Shown piece after piece: positions 33,887 to 43,749 of a DNA stretch of 64,000 nt. The stretch is from Candidatus Binatia bacterium. Its GTDB lineage: Bacteria; Desulfobacterota; Binatia; UBA9968; JAJDTQ01. The stretch's first letter is position 1. Each line of letters opens with the position of its first letter. The notes under the pieces are model-generated. The model was not told the DNA's origin. It made no database searches and worked only from the letters and a program-made list of their open reading frames with translations. The DNA lies in NCBI GenBank assembly GCA_963666515.2, contig OY762897.2, forward strand, positions 1,254,370 to 1,318,369. Reading direction: 5' to 3'. The position numbers and the translations under genes were made by a program.

Positions 33887-35060
33887 CGCCGGTTCTCCGG
33901 ATCAGCGGCCGCTGGGGGTGATGCTGGTGGCCGGAGAGGCCTCGGGAGATGCCCGGGGAGCCGAGTTGGTGCGCGACCTGCGCCGGCGCGACCCGTCGGT
34001 GGAGTGCTTCGGCATGGGCGGCGCCAATCTCCGGGGCGCGGGCATGCGGGTGGTCCACGACATCGCGAGCGTGGCGAGCGTGGGCGTCGCGGAGATCTTC
34101 GGCAGCCTTCGCCACATCTGGCGGGCCTACCGGGCGTTGCGCCGGCTGCTCCTGGATGCGCGGCCGGCGTTGCTCATCCTGATCGACTTCCCGGAGTTCA
34201 ACATGCGGCTGGCGCGGATCGCGCGCCGCCACGGCATCACCGTCCTCTACTACATCAGCCCGCAGGTCTGGGCCTGGCGGTCGTACCGCATCCGGCGGAT
34301 CGCGTCGAGCGTGGACGCCATGGCGGTGGTCTTTCCCTTCGAGGCGGAACTCTACAGGGCCTTCGGCGTGGGCGCGGTGTCGTTCGTGGGACACCCCCTC
34401 GTGGACGTAGTGAGCGCCGGCCGGGACCGGGACGCGAGTCTCCGCTCCGCGGGACTGGATCGCACGAAGCTTACGGTGGCGATCATGCCCGGGAGCCGGA
34501 GGAGGGAGGTCGCTTCGCTCCTCGATCCCATGCTCGAAGCGGCCCGGGGTCTGGCCCGGGAGCGGGAGACGCAGTTCCTGCTCATCCGCGCCAGCACCAT
34601 CGAGCGCGGCGAGCTGGAGCGGGCGGTCGCGGGATCGCCCGTCACCCTCCGCATCGTCGACGGCGATACCTACGACATGCTGGCGGCCGCGGACCTCGTC
34701 TGGGTGGCCTCCGGGACGGCGACGCTGGAGGCCGGGCTGCTCGGCAAACCCATGGTGATCACCTATCGCCTGTCGCCGCTGAGCTACTGGCTCGGGCGCC
34801 TGCTGGTCAGGGTGGACCACATCGGCATGGTCAACATCATCGCCGGCGAGCGGGTGGTCCCGGAGCTGATCCAGAACGAGGTCACGGCCGAGCGCATCCT
34901 GTCCGAGACCCGGCGCATGCTGCAACCGGAGGTGCGGCGCGCGGTGGTGCGGAAACTGGAGGCGGTGCGGCAGCGCCTGGGTCCGTCCGGGGCTCCGGGA
35001 CGCGTGGCCGACATGGCCATGGCGCTGCTGGCGCAGACCCGTGTGCGGGCGACGCCATGA
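33870..35060 (+). CDS. lpxB: Lipid-A-disaccharide synthase LpxB
   Basis: MLVAGEASGD, LIDFPEFNMRLA and YYISPQVWAWR motifs. Confidence 0.9.
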   Translation: MNRDTSAGSPDQRPLGVMLVAGEASGDARGAELVRDLRRRDPSVECFGMGGANLRGAGMRVVHDIASVASVGVAEIFGSLRHIWRAYRALRRLLLDARPALLILIDFPEFNMRLARIARRHGITVLYYISPQVWAWRSYRIRRIASSVDAMAVVFPFEAELYRAFGVGAVSFVGHPLVDVVSAGRDRDASLRSAGLDRTKLTVAIMPGSRRREVASLLDPMLEAARGLARERETQFLLIRASTIERGELERAVAGSPVTLRIVDGDTYDMLAAADLVWVASGTATLEAGLLGKPMVITYRLSPLSYWLGRLLVRVDHIGMVNIIAGERVVPELIQNEVTAERILSETRRMLQPEVRRAVVRKLEAVRQRLGPSGAPGRVADMAMALLAQTRVRATP

Positions 35061-36790
35061 AGGTCTACCTGCGCCTGCTCCGGTACCTGCGGCCCTACGT
35101 GTGGCCGCACTTCTGCGGCGCCGTCCTCTGCATGCTCCTGTTCAGCGCCACCACCGCGATGATGCCCTTCCTGGTCCGTGACGCGGTGGACGAGGTGTTC
35201 GTGAAGCAGGACCCCGGGGTGCTGGGGGTCATCATCCTCATGGTCGTGGTCGTGTTCAGCTCCCGCGGCGTCTGCAACTTCGGCCAGCTCTATCTCATGG
35301 AACACGTCGGTCAGCGGATCATCCGCGATCTGCGTTCGGCCCTGTGCGAGAAGCTCCAGTGGCAATCGCTCGCCTACGTCCACCGCCACCCCACCGGCAC
35401 GCTGCTTTCCAGGGTTGCCAGCGACGTGGCGCTGGTGCGGACCGCGCTCACCACCTCGGTGGCCTCGGTGGCCCGCAACTGCACTTCGGTGGCGGCGCTG
35501 GCCGCGGTGGCCTTCTACATGGACTGGGTGCTGGCGTGCATCGCCTTCGTGGCCTTTCCCGGCTCGGTGCTTCCGGTCAGGCGCCTCACCCACCGCATCC
35601 GAAGGGCCACCACGAGGAGCCAGGTGAGCACCGGCACGCTGACCACGATCCTCCAGGAGAGCCTCCAGGGCAGCTCCATCGTCAAGGCCTTCGGCATGGA
35701 GCGTTACGAGCTGGAGCGGTTCAACCGGGAGAACCGGGAAATCCTGCGCCACACCATGAGGGCCGGCCGCGCCCGGGCGATCATGCCCTCGGCCATGGAA
35801 TGGCTGGCCGGTCTGGGCGCCGCCGGAGTGTTGTGGTACGGCGGCAACGCGGTCCTGGACGGCGGGCGCACCGCGGGCGAGTTCTTCGCCTTTCTCACCG
35901 CCATGTTCATGGTCTACGAGCCGGTCAAGCACCTGAGCCGGGCGCTGCCGGAAATCTACCAGGGCGTCGCCGGAGGAGACCGGATCTTCGAGGTGCTGGA
36001 CGCGCCGCTGGACGTCACGGACGCTCCGGACGCCGTGCCGGCCGCGGCCTTCTCGGACCGGATCGCGTTCCGGGACGTCCGCTTCGGCTACCGTGAGGAT
36101 ACGGTGCTGGCCGGCATCGACCTGGAGATCCGGCGCGGCGAGACGGTGGCGCTGGTGGGCATGAGCGGCGCCGGCAAGACCACCCTCTCGGCGCTGCTGC
36201 CGAGGTTCTACGACGTGACCTCGGGCCGCATCACCCTGGACGGAGTGGATATCCGCAAGCTGACCCTGGAGTCCCTGCGGCGCCAGATCGGCATCGTGAC
36301 GCAGCACACCTTCCTCTTCAACGACAGCGTGAGGGCCAACATCGCCTACGGCGATCCGGCCAAGGGCATGGACGACGTCGTCACGGCCGCCAGGGCCGCC
36401 AACGCCCACGACTTCATCGTGGAGCTGCCGTCCGGGTACGACACGGTGGTGGGAGAGCTGGGACTGGAGCTTTCCGGCGGCCAGCGCCAGCGGATCGCCA
36501 TCGCCCGGGCGGTGCTCAAGAACGCTCCCATCCTGGTCCTCGACGAAGCCACCTCCGCTCTCGACTCGGAGTCGGAGCGGCTGGTGCAGGATGCCCTCGA
36601 CGGCCTCATGAAGAACCGCACGAGCCTGGTCATCGCCCATCGCCTGTCCACCATCCGCAACGCCACGCGCATCGTCGTCCTGTCCAGGGGGACGGTCGTG
36701 GAACAGGGGACGCACCAGGACCTGCTGGCCCGGCGGAAGGAGTACAGCCGTCTCTACAACCTCCAGGCGGCCGGCGCGCCGCCCGGATAG
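35057..36790 (+). CDS. msbA: Lipid A export ABC transporter MsbA (permease-ATPase fusion)
   Basis: ATGA overlap with lpxB. Six-TM N-terminal domain. Walker A GMSGAGKTT, signature LSGGQRQRIAIARA, Walker B ILVLDEATSALD. Confidence 0.85.
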   Translation: MKVYLRLLRYLRPYVWPHFCGAVLCMLLFSATTAMMPFLVRDAVDEVFVKQDPGVLGVIILMVVVVFSSRGVCNFGQLYLMEHVGQRIIRDLRSALCEKLQWQSLAYVHRHPTGTLLSRVASDVALVRTALTTSVASVARNCTSVAALAAVAFYMDWVLACIAFVAFPGSVLPVRRLTHRIRRATTRSQVSTGTLTTILQESLQGSSIVKAFGMERYELERFNRENREILRHTMRAGRARAIMPSAMEWLAGLGAAGVLWYGGNAVLDGGRTAGEFFAFLTAMFMVYEPVKHLSRALPEIYQGVAGGDRIFEVLDAPLDVTDAPDAVPAAAFSDRIAFRDVRFGYREDTVLAGIDLEIRRGETVALVGMSGAGKTTLSALLPRFYDVTSGRITLDGVDIRKLTLESLRRQIGIVTQHTFLFNDSVRANIAYGDPAKGMDDVVTAARAANAHDFIVELPSGYDTVVGELGLELSGGQRQRIAIARAVLKNAPILVLDEATSALDSESERLVQDALDGLMKNRTSLVIAHRLSTIRNATRIVVLSRGTVVEQGTHQDLLARRKEYSRLYNLQAAGAPPG

Positions 36791-36817
36791 CCTCCACGTC
36801 GACGGAGCCCTGAGCCC

Positions 36818-38095
36818 GTGTTCATCCTCTACAACGCGCTCCTTCACGCGGGGCTGCTCCTGGGACTGCTGGCGTGGCCCCTGGGCTTCTTCCTGCGCCG
36901 TCATCCCTACCGGGGGCTGCGGGAGCGCTTCACGGCGTACCCGCCGGATCTCACGGCGCGCCTTGCCGGGTCCCGTCCCATCTGGATTCACGCCGCTTCC
37001 GTGGGCGAAGTGCGATCCGCCGCTCCGCTGGTGCGGCGCATGAGGATGAAGTGGCCGGAGCGCAAGCTCCTGGTGTCGACGGTGACCGTCACCGGACGCC
37101 AGACCGCTCGCGAAGCGCTGCCCGACGTCGACGCCGTGACCTATCTGCCGCTCGATCTGCCGTGGCTCGTTTCCCGAAGTCTCCGCCGGCTCGACCCCGA
37201 GGTCGTCATTCTGCTGGAAACGGAGATCTGGCCGAACTTCATCCGGGCCGCGGGCCGGCTGCGGATTCCGACATTGGTTCTGAGCGGCCGCCTGTCTCCC
37301 CGCGGCGCGCGCACGTACGAGCGTTTCCGGGCGCTTTTCAGGCCGGTGCTGGATGAGGTGGCAGGCTTCGGAATGCAGGACCGCGAGAACGCCGACCGCC
37401 TGCTGCGTCTCGGCGTGGACCCGCTCAAGGTGGCCGTCACCGGCTCCCTGAAGCATGCCGCGGCGGAAGCAGGTGCGCTCCCGCAAGTCCCGGTTTCCGG
37501 CAACCAACGCGGTCCCGTCGTGGTGGCGGGGAGCACCCATCGCGGCGAGGAGGAGGTCCTGCTGGAGGTTCTCCCCGAGTTGCGCCGCCGGTTTCCGGGC
37601 CTTCTCATGGTTCTCGCCCCAAGGCATCCGGAGCGGTTCGGTGAGGTGGAGCGGTTGCTCCGGCAAGGAAAGCTGGATTACCGCAAGCAGAGCGCGACGG
37701 GCGGAGCGCAATCGCCTGACTGTGGAGTCCTGCTGCTGGACACCCTGGGTGACTTGCCGCAGTACTACGGCTGGGCCGACGCGGCCTTCGTGGGCGGCAG
37801 CCTGGCGCCCGCCGGGGGGCACAACCTCATGGAGCCGGCGCGCTGGGGCACGCCCGTGCTTTTCGGGCCGCATCACGCCAACGTCGCCGAGGCCGCGCGG
37901 GAGCTGTTGCGGCAGGGCGGCGGCGTCGAGGTCCGGGACGGACAGGATCTCCTCAGGGAGGTCACGGACCTCCTGTCGGACCGTGCGCGGGCGGCCGCCA
38001 TGGGGCGTTGCGCCCGGGCGGTGGCCGAGACCGACCGGGAGGTGCTGTCGCGCAGCATGAGCCTGATCTACCGGCAGCTCCGGGATCGGCCGTGA
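36818..38095 (+). CDS. waaA: 3-deoxy-D-manno-octulosonic acid (Kdo) transferase WaaA/KdtA
   Basis: [11 protein letters not shown] and [16 protein letters not shown] motifs. N-terminal membrane anchor. Confidence 0.9.
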   Translation: MFILYNALLHAGLLLGLLAWPLGFFLRRHPYRGLRERFTAYPPDLTARLAGSRPIWIHAASVGEVRSAAPLVRRMRMKWPERKLLVSTVTVTGRQTAREALPDVDAVTYLPLDLPWLVSRSLRRLDPEVVILLETEIWPNFIRAAGRLRIPTLVLSGRLSPRGARTYERFRALFRPVLDEVAGFGMQDRENADRLLRLGVDPLKVAVTGSLKHAAAEAGALPQVPVSGNQRGPVVVAGSTHRGEEEVLLEVLPELRRRFPGLLMVLAPRHPERFGEVERLLRQGKLDYRKQSATGGAQSPDCGVLLLDTLGDLPQYYGWADAAFVGGSLAPAGGHNLMEPARWGTPVLFGPHHANVAEAARELLRQGGGVEVRDGQDLLREVTDLLSDRARAAAMGRCARAVAETDREVLSRSMSLIYRQLRDRP

Positions 38096-38097
38096 CC

Positions 38098-39198
38098 ATG
38101 GCCGCGGGCACGGGGACGGCTCTGGTCATGGACGCCTGGAAACGCCGCGGCGTTGCCGGCCGCGCCCTGTGGGCGCTGCTGCTGCCGTGGAGCGCGGCGT
38201 TCGGCGCCGCGGTCGGGGCGCGGAACCTTCTGTACGACCTCCGTTGGCTCAGGACCCGGCGGCTCCCCCTCCCGGTGGTCAGCGTCGGAAACCTCACGGT
38301 CGGGGGCACGGGCAAGACCCCGGCCGCGCTGTGGCTGGCGCAGAGCCTGCGGCGCCGCGGCCTCAACGCCGCGGTGCTGAGCCGCGGCTACGGCGGCGGC
38401 CGGGCGGCCGGGCGGCCCGCCACCGTCAAGGCGGAAGACGATCGGGCGTGGCTGGACGAACCTGCCGGGGAGCTGCTCGAATCCGGTGACGAGCCGGTCC
38501 TCTTGAGCGCCCTCTACGGGCTGACCGTAGGCGTCGGCGCCGACCGTTACCGGGCGGGCATGGAGTTGAGCCGGGAATCGCCGGACGCGCACCTTTTCCT
38601 GCTGGACGACGGGTTCCAGCATCGCCGCCTGGAACGGGATCTCGACATCGTCCTGCTGGGCGCCGACTGCGCCGGGTCGATGCTGCCGGCGGGCCCTTTC
38701 CGGGAGCCGCTGCGGTCGCTGCGGCGCGCGGACGTCCTCGTGATCACCGGCGCTCACGACCGCTGGCGGTCGATCCTGCGGGACCGTTTCGACGCTTCCA
38801 GGACCTTCTTCGCCGCCATCGAGCCGCGCGCTCTCCTGAGCCGCGCCGGACACGGCTTGAAGGAGTTTCCGCTGGCGGACCTCGCCGGCGTCAGGGTCCT
38901 GGCGGTTTCGGGCGTTGCCAAGCCGGAACGGTTCTACGACATGATCCGCGAATGTGAAGCGACCGTCGTCGAGACGCTGGAATATCCCGACCACCATTCC
39001 TATTCCGATAGGGACTGGCGCGAGATCAACCGCAACCGAAACCGGGTCGACAGGATCGTCACGACCGAGAAGGACTACGTGAAGCTCGCGCGCTTTCCCT
39101 TCTCCGCAGGCAGGCTTGCGGCGTTGAAGGTCGAAATGTCCGTTGACAGGCCGGAAGAGTTGCTGGACCGCGTCGCCGAGGTCGTGGAGAGGGTCTGA
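38098..39198 (+). CDS. lpxK: Tetraacyldisaccharide 4'-kinase LpxK
   Basis: [17 protein letters not shown]-loop and LLDDGFQH. An alternative GTG at 38092 would overlap the waaA stop. Confidence 0.9.
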   Translation: MAAGTGTALVMDAWKRRGVAGRALWALLLPWSAAFGAAVGARNLLYDLRWLRTRRLPLPVVSVGNLTVGGTGKTPAALWLAQSLRRRGLNAAVLSRGYGGGRAAGRPATVKAEDDRAWLDEPAGELLESGDEPVLLSALYGLTVGVGADRYRAGMELSRESPDAHLFLLDDGFQHRRLERDLDIVLLGADCAGSMLPAGPFREPLRSLRRADVLVITGAHDRWRSILRDRFDASRTFFAAIEPRALLSRAGHGLKEFPLADLAGVRVLAVSGVAKPERFYDMIRECEATVVETLEYPDHHSYSDRDWREINRNRNRVDRIVTTEKDYVKLARFPFSAGRLAALKVEMSVDRPEELLDRVAEVVERV

Positions 39199-39211
39199 TG
39201 CGGTTGGAGCG

Positions 39212-39958
39212 ATGAGACCGGGCGAGACGATTCCGGCGGGATTCGAGAAGGTGGTCCCCGCACCCGGTCTGACCGCGTGGGTGGCCCACGGCGTCGACGC
39301 CGGCCCGCTCGTGTCCCGGGTGCTCAAGCCTGCCGACACGCCGGCGCGGCACTTCGGGCGCGCGGGCCTGCAGGCGGTGGCGCTGGCGGACCGCGGGCAC
39401 GCTCTGGTCCGTTCATGCCGGCACGGAGGGGTGCTGCGCCACCTCACCCGCGGCTGGTTCATCAGCCGGCCGCCCAGGCCGTTCGTGGAACTGGCGGTCA
39501 CCGTTGCGGCCCGGCAGCGGGGACTGGCGGCGCCGGAGGTCCTGGCCGCGCTGGTGGCGCGTGGGTTCGGTCCCTGGTACCGGGGCTGGCTGGTCACCCG
39601 GGAGCTGGAGGACGCGCGCGATCTGTGGGCGGCGCTCCGGGAAGACCTCTCCGGCGCCGAGAAGGAGGCCGTGCTGCGGGGCGTCGGCCGTGTGTTGCGC
39701 CTCATGCACGCTTCCGGCATCGACCATGCCGACCTCAATCTGAGGAACATCCTGGTCGTGCGCGGGAAGCCGTGCCCGGAAATCTACGTCATCGACTTCG
39801 ACAAGGCGCGCCTCTTCCAGGGACCGGTGCCGGCGGCCAGCGCGCAACGGAACCTGCGCCGCCTGCTGCGCTCGGTCAACAAGCTCGACGGCGGGCGGGT
39901 GAGGGTCCGGCCGGAGGACTGGACGTGCCTCATGGACGCCTACCGGTCCGGTGACTGA
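39212..39958 (+). CDS. kdkA: Kdo kinase / LPS kinase family protein (KdkA-like)
   Basis: Start set at MRPGETI. HASGIDHADLNLRNILVV (catalytic loop) and IYVIDFDKA (DFD). About 248 aa, at the 3' end of the lpx/Kdo cluster. Confidence 0.65.
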   Translation: MRPGETIPAGFEKVVPAPGLTAWVAHGVDAGPLVSRVLKPADTPARHFGRAGLQAVALADRGHALVRSCRHGGVLRHLTRGWFISRPPRPFVELAVTVAARQRGLAAPEVLAALVARGFGPWYRGWLVTRELEDARDLWAALREDLSGAEKEAVLRGVGRVLRLMHASGIDHADLNLRNILVVRGKPCPEIYVIDFDKARLFQGPVPAASAQRNLRRLLRSVNKLDGGRVRVRPEDWTCLMDAYRSGD

Positions 39959-39972
39959 CGAAAACGGCTGGT

Positions 39973-40001
39973 TTGCATTGCAGGATGCATGAAGATAAAA
40001 T
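39973..40001 (+). promoter_or_regulatory. Near-consensus sigma70 promoter upstream of RRM protein gene 1
   Basis: TTGCAT (39973-39978), 17-nt spacer, TAAAAT (39996-40001). About 100 nt upstream of the ATG at 40105. Confidence 0.5.
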
Positions 40002-40104
40002 CGTCGCCAATTGCGGCTAGGACGCGAGCGGGCGACATCGGCACGAGCGGCGGCAACCCGAACGTCGGGCGCCGGCCGCCGGAATCTCGAATTCGGAGTT
40101 TTCC

Positions 40105-40368
40105 ATGGGTGACAGATTGTACGTGAGCGGGCTGCCTTACGCCGTAACCGAAGCCCAGTTGCACGACCTCTTCTCGGAGCATGGGTCGGTGGCGTCGGCC
40201 AGGATCGTCACCGACCGTTTCACCGGCCGTTCCCGCGGCTTCGGGTTCGTCGAGATGGGCTCCGAGGCCGAGGCCATGGCCGCCATGGAGGCATTGAACG
40301 GCACCGAGCTTCAGGGGCGCGTCCTCAAGGTGAACGAGGCCCACGAACGGCGAACGCGGGACACCTGA
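40105..40368 (+). CDS. RRM-type RNA-binding protein
   Basis: 87 aa. RNP2 LYVSGL and RNP1 RGFGFVEM. Confidence 0.85.
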   Translation: MGDRLYVSGLPYAVTEAQLHDLFSEHGSVASARIVTDRFTGRSRGFGFVEMGSEAEAMAAMEALNGTELQGRVLKVNEAHERRTRDT

Positions 40369-40381
40369 ACGCGAACGGACC

Positions 40382-41761
40382 ATGAAGGCACAAGGGATTA
40401 CCGTCACGGGTTGCAGTATTCTTCCGATGACGGGCGCCGCGGCGGTCATCGAGTCCGGCTACGTCAGCGTCCTGGACGGCGTCATCACCGCGGTCGGCGC
40501 GGGCGAGCCCCCGACAGGGGAGGCCGGGGAGGGGGGCGACGTCATCGACGGCCGGGGCAAGGTGCTGATGCCGGGCCTGATCAACGCCCACACCCACCTC
40601 TACCAAGTGCTCCTGAGGGCGGTGTGGGAGGACATGCCGTTCCTGGCGTGGCTCAAGCGCATCTACGGTGTGGCCGAAGCCCTGAACCCGGAGCACGTCC
40701 GGGCCGGGACGCTGCTGGGATGCCTGGAGAACCTCAAGGGCGGCGTAACCACCGTCTGCGAGCACAACTTCCTCAACCCGGACGCCGAGTGCGCCGCCGC
40801 GGCCGTGGACGCCATCTCGGAGTCCGGCCTGCGGGGCGTATTCGCCCGCACCGTCATGGACACCGGGGAGATCGTGCCGGACTGTACCAAGGAGACTCCG
40901 GAGACGGCCTTCAACCGGATCGAGGACCTGATGGCGCGTCATCGCGGCGACGGCCCGCCGCCGGAAGACCGCCGCCTCACCTTCCGCACGGGACCCAACA
41001 CGCCGCCCATCAACGCTTCTCCCGACCTTCTCCGGGAGATACGGCGGTTCGCCGACCACCATTCCATCGGCATCAGCGCCCACGTGGCCGAGTCGGCATC
41101 GGTGGTGGAGGTCACGCGCCGGGAACTCGGGCGGCCGGGCGTGGTCGCCCATCTGAAGGACTTCGGTATTCACGGGGAAGACGCCATCTTCGCCCACAGC
41201 GTGCACCTGTCGCCAGAGGAGATCGGACACCTGGCCGAGACCGGAACGTGCGTGTCGCACAACCCGGTGAGCAACATGATGCTGGGCGACGGCATCGCGC
41301 CGGTGGTGGAGATGCTGGCCGCCGGGGTCAAGGTCGGGCTCGGCAGCGACGGGGCCGCCAGCAACCACAGCCAGGACCTGTTCGAGACCATGAAGGCGGC
41401 GTCGCTGCTGCAGAAGGTCAAGCATCAGGACGCCGGCGTCATCGATCCCTACAGCGTGCTGCGCATGGCCACGGTGGACGGCGCCCACGCGATGGGACTG
41501 GCGTCCGTCTGCGGCACGGTGGAGGCGGGCAAGCGCGCGGACCTGATCCTGGTGGACGTGGAGACGCCCCACTTCCAGCCCGTCAACGACCTGGTCAGCC
41601 AACTGGTGCACTGCGCCAAGGCGACCGACGTGGACACGGTGCTGGTGGATGGAAGGGTGCTCATGCGCGAGCGCCGGTGCCCGTCGCTGGACGAGCCTGA
41701 AATCCTGCGGCGAGCCCAGGCCGCGCAAGGCGATCTCATGGCGCGCCTTGCCGCCGCCTAG
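40382..41761 (+). CDS. Amidohydrolase, chlorohydrolase/nucleoside-deaminase family (MtaD/SsnA-like, COG0402)
   Basis: LMPGLINAHTHL (HxH metal site), HVAES, GLGSDGAASN, and C-terminal GTVEAGKRADLILVD. Confidence 0.75.
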   Translation: MKAQGITVTGCSILPMTGAAAVIESGYVSVLDGVITAVGAGEPPTGEAGEGGDVIDGRGKVLMPGLINAHTHLYQVLLRAVWEDMPFLAWLKRIYGVAEALNPEHVRAGTLLGCLENLKGGVTTVCEHNFLNPDAECAAAAVDAISESGLRGVFARTVMDTGEIVPDCTKETPETAFNRIEDLMARHRGDGPPPEDRRLTFRTGPNTPPINASPDLLREIRRFADHHSIGISAHVAESASVVEVTRRELGRPGVVAHLKDFGIHGEDAIFAHSVHLSPEEIGHLAETGTCVSHNPVSNMMLGDGIAPVVEMLAAGVKVGLGSDGAASNHSQDLFETMKAASLLQKVKHQDAGVIDPYSVLRMATVDGAHAMGLASVCGTVEAGKRADLILVDVETPHFQPVNDLVSQLVHCAKATDVDTVLVDGRVLMRERRCPSLDEPEILRRAQAAQGDLMARLAAA

Positions 41762-41797
41762 CGCGGGCCGGTTCACGTCCGCTCGCGCGGAGCGGGA

Positions 41798-42019
41798 TCA
41801 GTTTCGGTGCCGGTAGGTAATCCGTCCGCGGCTCAGGTCGTAGGGCGACAGCTCCAGGGTGACCCGGTCGCCGGGCAGAATCTTGATGTAGAATTTGCGC
41901 ATCTTCCCCGCGGTGTACGCGAGGACGTTGTGCTTGTTGTCCAGTTCGACTTTGAACATGGCGTTGGGAAGGCTCTCCATCACCGTGCCGGTAACCTCGA
42001 TGTTGTCCTGCTTGCTCAT
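41798..42019 (-). CDS. infA: Translation initiation factor IF-1
   Basis: 73 aa. [53 protein letters not shown]... is near-canonical IF-1. Confidence 0.95.
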   Translation of the reverse strand: MSKQDNIEVTGTVMESLPNAMFKVELDNKHNVLAYTAGKMRKFYIKILPGDRVTLELSPYDLSRGRITYRHRN

Positions 42020-42168
42020 AGCGTGTGCTCCTTGCAGCGAACCTCCTCTCCCGGAAGCGGCCGGCCGCTCCGTTTCTTGACGCCATAATTAGCCTACGCG
42101 CCGCGAATTGTCCATCCCCGCGCGGATGCGTTGCAATCCACTCCCCCGTGTGGAAGACTCGGACGTTC

Positions 42169-42543
42169 ATGAGCGCGGACCGTCTATTCCTCCTGTTGGG
42201 GTCCCTTTCCGGCTTCACCGGAGTCGTGCTGGGAGCGTTCGCCGCCCACGGTCTGCGGGGAAGACTGACGGACGAACTGCTCAACGTGTTCGAGACCGGC
42301 GTCCGCTACCAGATATACCATGCCCTGGCCTTGTTGCTGGTGGCGTTGGCTTTCTCCCGCTGGCCCCGCGGCGAGTTCGCGGTGGCGGGATGGTGCTTCG
42401 TGCTGGGGACGGTGGTGTTCTCGGGAAGCCTCTACGCGTTGAGTCTCACGGGCACCCGGTGGCTGGGCGCCGTCACTCCCATCGGCGGGCTCGCGTTCCT
42501 GCTGGGCTGGCTCAGCATTGCCTGGGGCGCCTGGAAAGGGTAG
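42169..42543 (+). CDS. DUF423 (YgdD-like) small membrane protein
   Basis: Start set at MSADRLFLLLGSLSGFTGVVLGAFAAHGL. Four hydrophobic helices; GAFAAHG motif. Confidence 0.7.
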   Translation: MSADRLFLLLGSLSGFTGVVLGAFAAHGLRGRLTDELLNVFETGVRYQIYHALALLLVALAFSRWPRGEFAVAGWCFVLGTVVFSGSLYALSLTGTRWLGAVTPIGGLAFLLGWLSIAWGAWKG

Positions 42544-42612
42544 GCGGGGACACTCGTGACGCGCCGCGCCGCCGGAGACGGGAGGGCGCCGGTTCTCACA
42601 GGAGACGGAAGA

Positions 42613-43749
42613 ATGGCCAAGAACGGATTCAGGATACTCGATAGCGACATGCACATCATGGAGCCGCCGAACCTGTGGGAACGGTACCTGGAGCCCGAGT
42701 TCAAGGCCCAGGCGCCGCGCGGCGTAACCAGCGAGAACGTGCGCGACCTGCGCATGCAGCATCCCGACGGAAGGCTGTGGGGGCTGCCCGAGGTTCATGC
42801 CGGCAACGTCACCAAAGGGCACAACTTCGAGAAGAACCAGGGCATCTATGGCGACCACGCCGCCCGCGGCTGGGCGGCGGAGGTCCAGTTGGAGGCCATG
42901 GACATCGAGGGCATCGACGTGGCGGTGCTCTACCCCACCCGGGGCCTCCAGGCGCTCAGCGAGGGGGACATGGACCCTCGTTTCGCCGCGGCGCTGGCGC
43001 GGGCGTACAACAACTGGCTCTACGATTTCTGCAGCGCCGACCCCGCCCGGCTGCTGGGGGCGGGCATGCTTTCGCCCCTGGACGTGGACGAGGCCGTGGC
43101 CGAGGCCCGACGCTGCACCCGGGAACTCGGCTTCCGCGGGATCTTCATGCGCTCGAACCCCATCAACGGGCGCAACTTCCACGACGAGTACTACGAGCCT
43201 CTGTGGAGTGAGCTGGAGGAGCTGGGGATGCCTCTGGGCCTGCACGAATCGTCGTCTTCGGGGGTGCGGCAGGTGGGCGACCAGTTCGAGCCCAACTTCA
43301 TGCTCCGGCGCGTGTTCGCCCAGCCCGTGGAGCAGATGCTGGCCCTGGGCAGCATCTGCGCGGGCGGGGTCCTGGCCCGTCACCCGGACCTGAGGGTGGC
43401 CTTCCTGGAGGCCAACTGCGGCTGGCTGCCGTGGCTGCTCTGGCGCATGGACGAAGGCTACGAGAGGGAAGCCGACGTGTGGTCGCCGGACCTGGCGATG
43501 GCGCCGAGCGACTATTTCAAGCGGCAGTGCTTCGTTTCGGTGGAGCCGGACGAAGCTCCCGTCAAGTACGTCATCGACTACATGGGGAACGACCGCATCG
43601 TGTTCTCCACGGACTACCCGCACGGCGACTCCAAGTTCCCCCACGCGGTGGAGAGCTTCCTGGAACTCTCCACCATCAGCGAGGAAGACAAGCACAAGAT
43701 ACTCTGGGACAACTGCGCGGCCTACTATTCCCTGGACCGGGATGCATGA
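42613..43749 (+). CDS. Amidohydrolase-2 family metal-dependent hydrolase/decarboxylase (ACMSD-like TIM barrel)
   Basis: Start set at MAKNGFRILDSDMHIMEP. C-terminal VFSTDYPHGD is typical of the PF04909-type family. Confidence 0.7.
   Translation: MAKNGFRILDSDMHIMEPPNLWERYLEPEFKAQAPRGVTSENVRDLRMQHPDGRLWGLPEVHAGNVTKGHNFEKNQGIYGDHAARGWAAEVQLEAMDIEGIDVAVLYPTRGLQALSEGDMDPRFAAALARAYNNWLYDFCSADPARLLGAGMLSPLDVDEAVAEARRCTRELGFRGIFMRSNPINGRNFHDEYYEPLWSELEELGMPLGLHESSSSGVRQVGDQFEPNFMLRRVFAQPVEQMLALGSICAGGVLARHPDLRVAFLEANCGWLPWLLWRMDEGYEREADVWSPDLAMAPSDYFKRQCFVSVEPDEAPVKYVIDYMGNDRIVFSTDYPHGDSKFPHAVESFLELSTISEEDKHKILWDNCAAYYSLDRDA

Noticed and set aside
30023-35056. Long N-terminal extensions of ORFs 30023..31627, 31850..33886 and 34004..36790
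   Set aside because: The extensions overlap skp, fabZ/lpxI and lpxB in other frames. Internal starts at 30581, 32939 and 35057 give canonical LpxD, Gfo/Idh/MocA and MsbA N-termini and form GTGA/ATGA junctions.
34784-37876. 1030-aa minus-strand ORF
   Set aside because: Antisense to msbA and waaA, both of which carry clear family motifs. Composition is typical of a high-GC shadow ORF, and no motifs were recognised.
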